Assembly: GCA_051294905.1 (NCBI GenBank)
Contig: CM119381.1
Span: 19,220,001-19,284,000, forward strand
Source of the DNA: Botryllus schlosseri
Lineage: Eukaryota
Length of the DNA stretch: 64,000 bases
Direction: 5' to 3'
Shown one piece after another: positions 59,701 to 64,000 of the stretch. The position numbers and the translations under genes were made by a program. A model generated the notes under the pieces. That model ran no database searches, had not been told where the DNA came from, and worked only from the letters and a program-made list of their open reading frames with translations. Position 1 is the first letter of the stretch, and each line of letters opens with the position of its first letter.

Positions 59701-62700
59701 AAGATCTTTTACCATTAAATATCAACTAACCCTCAACAAACCGCCAAGACTTTTACCGTTAAAGTGAACTGTTTACTGCTGTTGATTTTTGTCACTACAC
59801 TTCATCCAGAGCACATAATCCCAACTAAAACACTGAAATTCATTGCTGCTGGTATGTCGCTGAATTGACGTTGAAATGGTTACCAGCGAATTTGGCATGT
59901 AGAATTCGTCACTTTGTGAATTTGGCATTAGAAATGCAATAACTGTACCTATTACTATGATTATTATTATGAAAACAATGCATTAATAAATTCAAAAATG
60001 ATCGTTTTGCTGAGTATGAGCATGAATTGTGATATACTGCACTTGGTAAATTCGGGACTCAGCAGTTTGTATGTATGTTTCAATGTATTTAGGTTAGAGC
60101 TTACGATTAGGTCAGGGCTACGATTAGGGGCATGAAGAGCCTAATTCACTTGCAGTCATTTTAAAACACCGCTATAAATACCACCATTGAGCCGATCACA
60201 AAAATGAACCTACTGGATCGATTCCATAATAATATGGCGTGCTGGTGACGTTCGGGTAATCTTCTCCGTGCGATCCTCTCATCACTCCTGGCCGCGCCGG
60301 ATCCAAAGTCAAAAACTTGACGTTCGGATTAGTGAGTTCGTCGGTACTAGAAACATTCGACGATATACCAAGAAGAAATAAAAGACAACAAGCAAGAAGT
60401 TACTAGTTCATCGCCGAAACATTCCAAGAGCTACCGAATAAGTTCAAAGACCTCGAGAAGCATTCGTTGTATAACAGTCCCGTGTAAATCGAGAATAGCC
60501 CCATGAAAAACATGATGTACCGTCCGCCATATAACATCACCCAGAACTGTGAGAGAAAGATGCGTCGCAAAGATTTCCTCGAAAATGTAAATCAAACGAC
60601 TAACGCACCTCGCTGTTGGAAAACTTCTCCAGACGTTTCTCATAGATCACCATCCACAAGGCAAACAGGAACATGATCAGCCCGTGACCCATATCTCCGA
60701 ACATGACAGCGAACAGAAACGGGAAGGTAATGATGGTGAATGGAGCTGCAATTGAAATTGGATATCTTCAGGATGAAGCTCGGTTCAGAACCATATTATT
60801 AGCAGAGGCCGTCAGTAACGAAGTAGTACTACCCTTTTTAGTACTCAAGGAGCTTTTGCTTACTCGCAATGAAGTGGTTACGATTTTTTACTAATGCTAC
60901 GGCTAGAATACTCGCTTCTTCACTTAATGTACTTGTTAATCACTACGACTACTAGTACTCCAGTAGAAATTTACAATGTTACTTTTACTTCTACTTGAGT
61001 ACCGACGATGGCCTATTTGACGATCCCTGATTATTACAGATCTCCTTCTCCGTAGAAATATCGGTAAAGGTTGCATTTGTTGAGAAGTAATTGTGATATG
61101 TAATATTGTAAATTGGAACGCAGTCATCTGCGGTTACCTACAAAAAGTACACGAGCCATCGATCGAATCTGAATTTTGAAACTAAACTACAACCCGTACA
61201 TTTTCTACTTCCGCTTGTAGCACTTCCACATGTCCTGGAAATCGTCACCGCCACTTGTAACTGAGTAGAAATGTTCTGAATTAGTTCTACTTCTAGTTGG
61301 GCTTCGATCATCTCTAATTGTCTCTACCGCAACTGTTACAATTGAGAGGGTTTTCATTACTGTCAGACCAGGTGAAAACGCCAAAAAGTTGAGTTTCCTG
61401 GACAACGGTATACGCCGATTGTGATGAAAGTACCAGTTTCGTTCTCATACGGAGTTTGATTGTAAACAAACGAGTTTTTCAGTGATACATTTTGAAAATT
61501 ACTTCCACTAGCTTCCACTAAAAATTTCCAGTCGAAACGTGTCATATTTTTATGTCAGCATAAAATATTGGCTCAAAACACGATATCAACAGGTTCGACA
61601 CATTACTCCAGTGAATTCAAGGTAAGCGGCTAAGCACATAGGTCAAGAACTAAAACGCCCGCCATCTCACTAGGTGATCTAAATCTTGTAGCACTCACCC
61701 GGATTGACCTCTCTGTAATCAGCTATACCGTACGCGTCCACCATCCCTTGAAAGGCACTCGAAATTTTAGAAGTCTTGTTATAAGTGGGCGGTTCATCTT
61801 TAGTGTACACGACTTGTAATATCGAAGGCACGGCTGAACCGCTCAGCTCCTGAAAGCAGAGACAAACATAACGGCGACAGTACAACACGCAACCGCAAAA
61901 GCGCGCTTACTTCGCCCTTCCTCAAAGCGGCTTGAATATCGTCCAAATTGCTAGTCGGGCACCAGCACTCGGCGATCAGACACTTCTGATTGATGGTGAA
62001 CAGATTCAGAGTGTGATAGATCGCTTTTATCTTGCGTACCTGACAAAAAATGAATTTGTCTCAAGGTATTTTTGCAGCAAATGAGCAACGATCATTTACG
62101 CTAAGCAAGTAACGATTGTGCACACATAATGAGTTACATTCATGGTAACGATTTTCTGAAGATAACAATAGCTCTCCGTGTCAATACCTTAGTGCGTGGA
62201 TAAGAAGCTATGCAGGATAAAGGAAGATATCAGAATGGCTTGTTAACAAATGTCTCGATGCTGCATACATGGCGACATGACTGACAAATAAGAGAATGTA
62301 ACGTCCTACATCAAAATTTTCCATCATATCTTTGCGATGATTTCACCAATATAAATAATGCAAATCCACCTAAAATCTAAATTCTGTTTAGCAGAATTTG
62401 AAAGGTAGAAAGTAAGTACGGCTAGTTAATCAGTGAAAGTATATGGAGTGTCTCAAGTACGACTGAAAATGTGGGTGTTGTCTGTTACTGATCAAATCCA
62501 GCGCCACAACAGCAGAGATGTGATACCTCATCATAAAAACCAAACACAAGACTTACTTTAATATTCCAAATTCTCAGATGTTGGGCGACCCTTTCAAGAA
62601 CCTGCGCTCTGTGATCATCGGTCTCTTTCAGAACCTTAAAAAAGGAAATAAGTTGAGGGTGTACCAGGAAATAAGCTGAAAGCGCATCCGCACAGCTGTT

Positions 62701-63561
62701 TCAAGAGTTTGCAGTTAACGCCAACAATCTAGTGATAGAGCAAACATTTGAAATCAACAAACTGCAGAATACAGTCATATGGTCTGTGAAAGTCATATGA
62801 CTTGCGATTCAAAGGAAATGGAACCGACAACACAATTTGTCAATACAGCACGAACTGAATGATAGGTGCACACGTTGAAAGCTAAATATCAATATTGATT
62901 GTACTCAACGTAGGCCACCAAAAATGCTATTCCCGAGCCGGCATTTTAGGCACACAACCTGTTTAACAGTTTTATGAGGACATACAGCATACTGTTAGCA
63001 CATTAAGTATCAAATTTCCGAAAGACATTTCCTGGTATATGACTCAATATATTGGCAGGGAATGCGATTTCCATACATAGTAACCGCCACACAATAGGCT
63101 TACATGCTTCATGTCCGCGATTCTTCGAGATATTCCCTCACACGTCGATAGCCGTTCAGAAGCCCTTTCGGGACAAGGATAGATAACCGCTCTCAGGCTG
63201 GTAAAAGAGGAATTTGGGAACATTCGTGTTTTGTTTGTTCATTTGAACAAATCGAGTAATTATGACATCATCAATCGACCAACCTTTCCCCAATCTTCTT
63301 CACCCTGCCCTTCAATCTGTCGCCTTGGAAGAACACGATGAAGACACACTTGTCAACCTCTTCTCCCTGGAATAGGATTTTTTCAGTAAAATTCTTTCAA
63401 CTAAGAACGAAACTGAACAACTGTCAAATTTACAGTGTATGGGTCCTCGAAAGGCTCGGGTATGTCGGTGTAGCGCATGAAGACATTTCCCCTGCAGGCA
63501 CGCCACAGAATTCTTTCAAATCCATACACTTTGCTACGCGGTATCACTCCAGTGATAAACC
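56736..63561 (-). CDS. V-type proton ATPase V0 116-kDa subunit a (ATP6V0A family), 5'-incomplete. Exons ~63561-63445, 63368-63283, 63202-63106, 62638-62561, 62040-61911, 61850-61699, 60750-60612, 60553-60405, 60350-60213, 59499-59381, 58894-58766, 58688-58495, 57855-57724, 57648-57533, 57465-57375, 56913-56736
   Basis: [106 protein letters not shown] (essential Arg present), [23 protein letters not shown]; stop at 56736-56738. The vertebrate isoform orthology (a1-a4) cannot be assigned by eye. Confidence 0.95.
60803..61029. mobile_element. Short hAT-type MITE related to 43015-44316, in a V-ATPase intron
   Basis: CAGAGGCCGTCAGTAACGAAG...GATCCCTG; TSD ATTATTAG/ATTATTAC; CTACTT motifs. Confidence 0.7.
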
Positions 63562-64000
63562 TTAAAAATTAACAGAAATACATTTGATGAAACCATAAAC
63601 TTTCAAACTGCATCTTCAACTTTTAGTACTGGGATAACAAGTGAAACTTCTGAGGAGCAAATGACTAAATTTCGCAAAGCAATGAGAAAGCTAAATTGCA
63701 TAACTTTCAAGACCATAAACGTAATCGGTTTTTAATTTTATAGAAAGGGTTAGTCTCGAAAAAACTTGGATGTAATGCTTGTACAGGTTAAGCTTAAATC
63801 ACCGGATATACTACTGTGCAAGCGTCTTACAGTGTGAACAGAAAACACACAAACAAATGTGTAACCTGATTCATCAATATTCTGCATTGCGTACTCGGAC
63901 TGCCTTCCTAATGTGCAAACAGTATTTGTCAGTGAACCAATACACAGATATCAAGTTCGCGCAGTACGGTAATTGACAAAGCAGCAGTTAAAAATGGTTG

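Overview
Eukaryotic (animal) genomic DNA with short canonical GT-AG introns and dense MITEs. The compact gene structure and gene set suggest an invertebrate chordate such as an ascidian (inference only). Genes, left to right: a GT31/B3GALT-like galactosyltransferase (-, 5697-8116); two tandem, highly diverged polycystin-1/REJ-like 11-TM genes (+, ~14831-28904 and ~31496-42064); DDX42 (+, 45745-52278); TMEM223-like (-, single exon); GINS3/PSF3 (-, single exon); and the 3' part of a V-ATPase V0 a-subunit gene (-, running off the right end). Introns and intergenic DNA hold at least ten hAT-type non-autonomous elements with readable 8-bp target-site duplications (TSDs), several of them nested, plus Chapaev3-like and hATm-like transposase relics and a perfect 209-bp foldback. 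Three observations stand out. (1) Both polycystin paralogs have lost the HL|T GPS autoproteolysis motif and carry a 13-16-aa insertion and a phase-0 intron at that position. (2) A 66-nt B3GALT intron is visibly a degenerate tandem duplicate of the exon that follows it. (3) A triple-nested hAT structure includes an inverted self-insertion. Exon boundaries were read by eye, so gene models are approximate.
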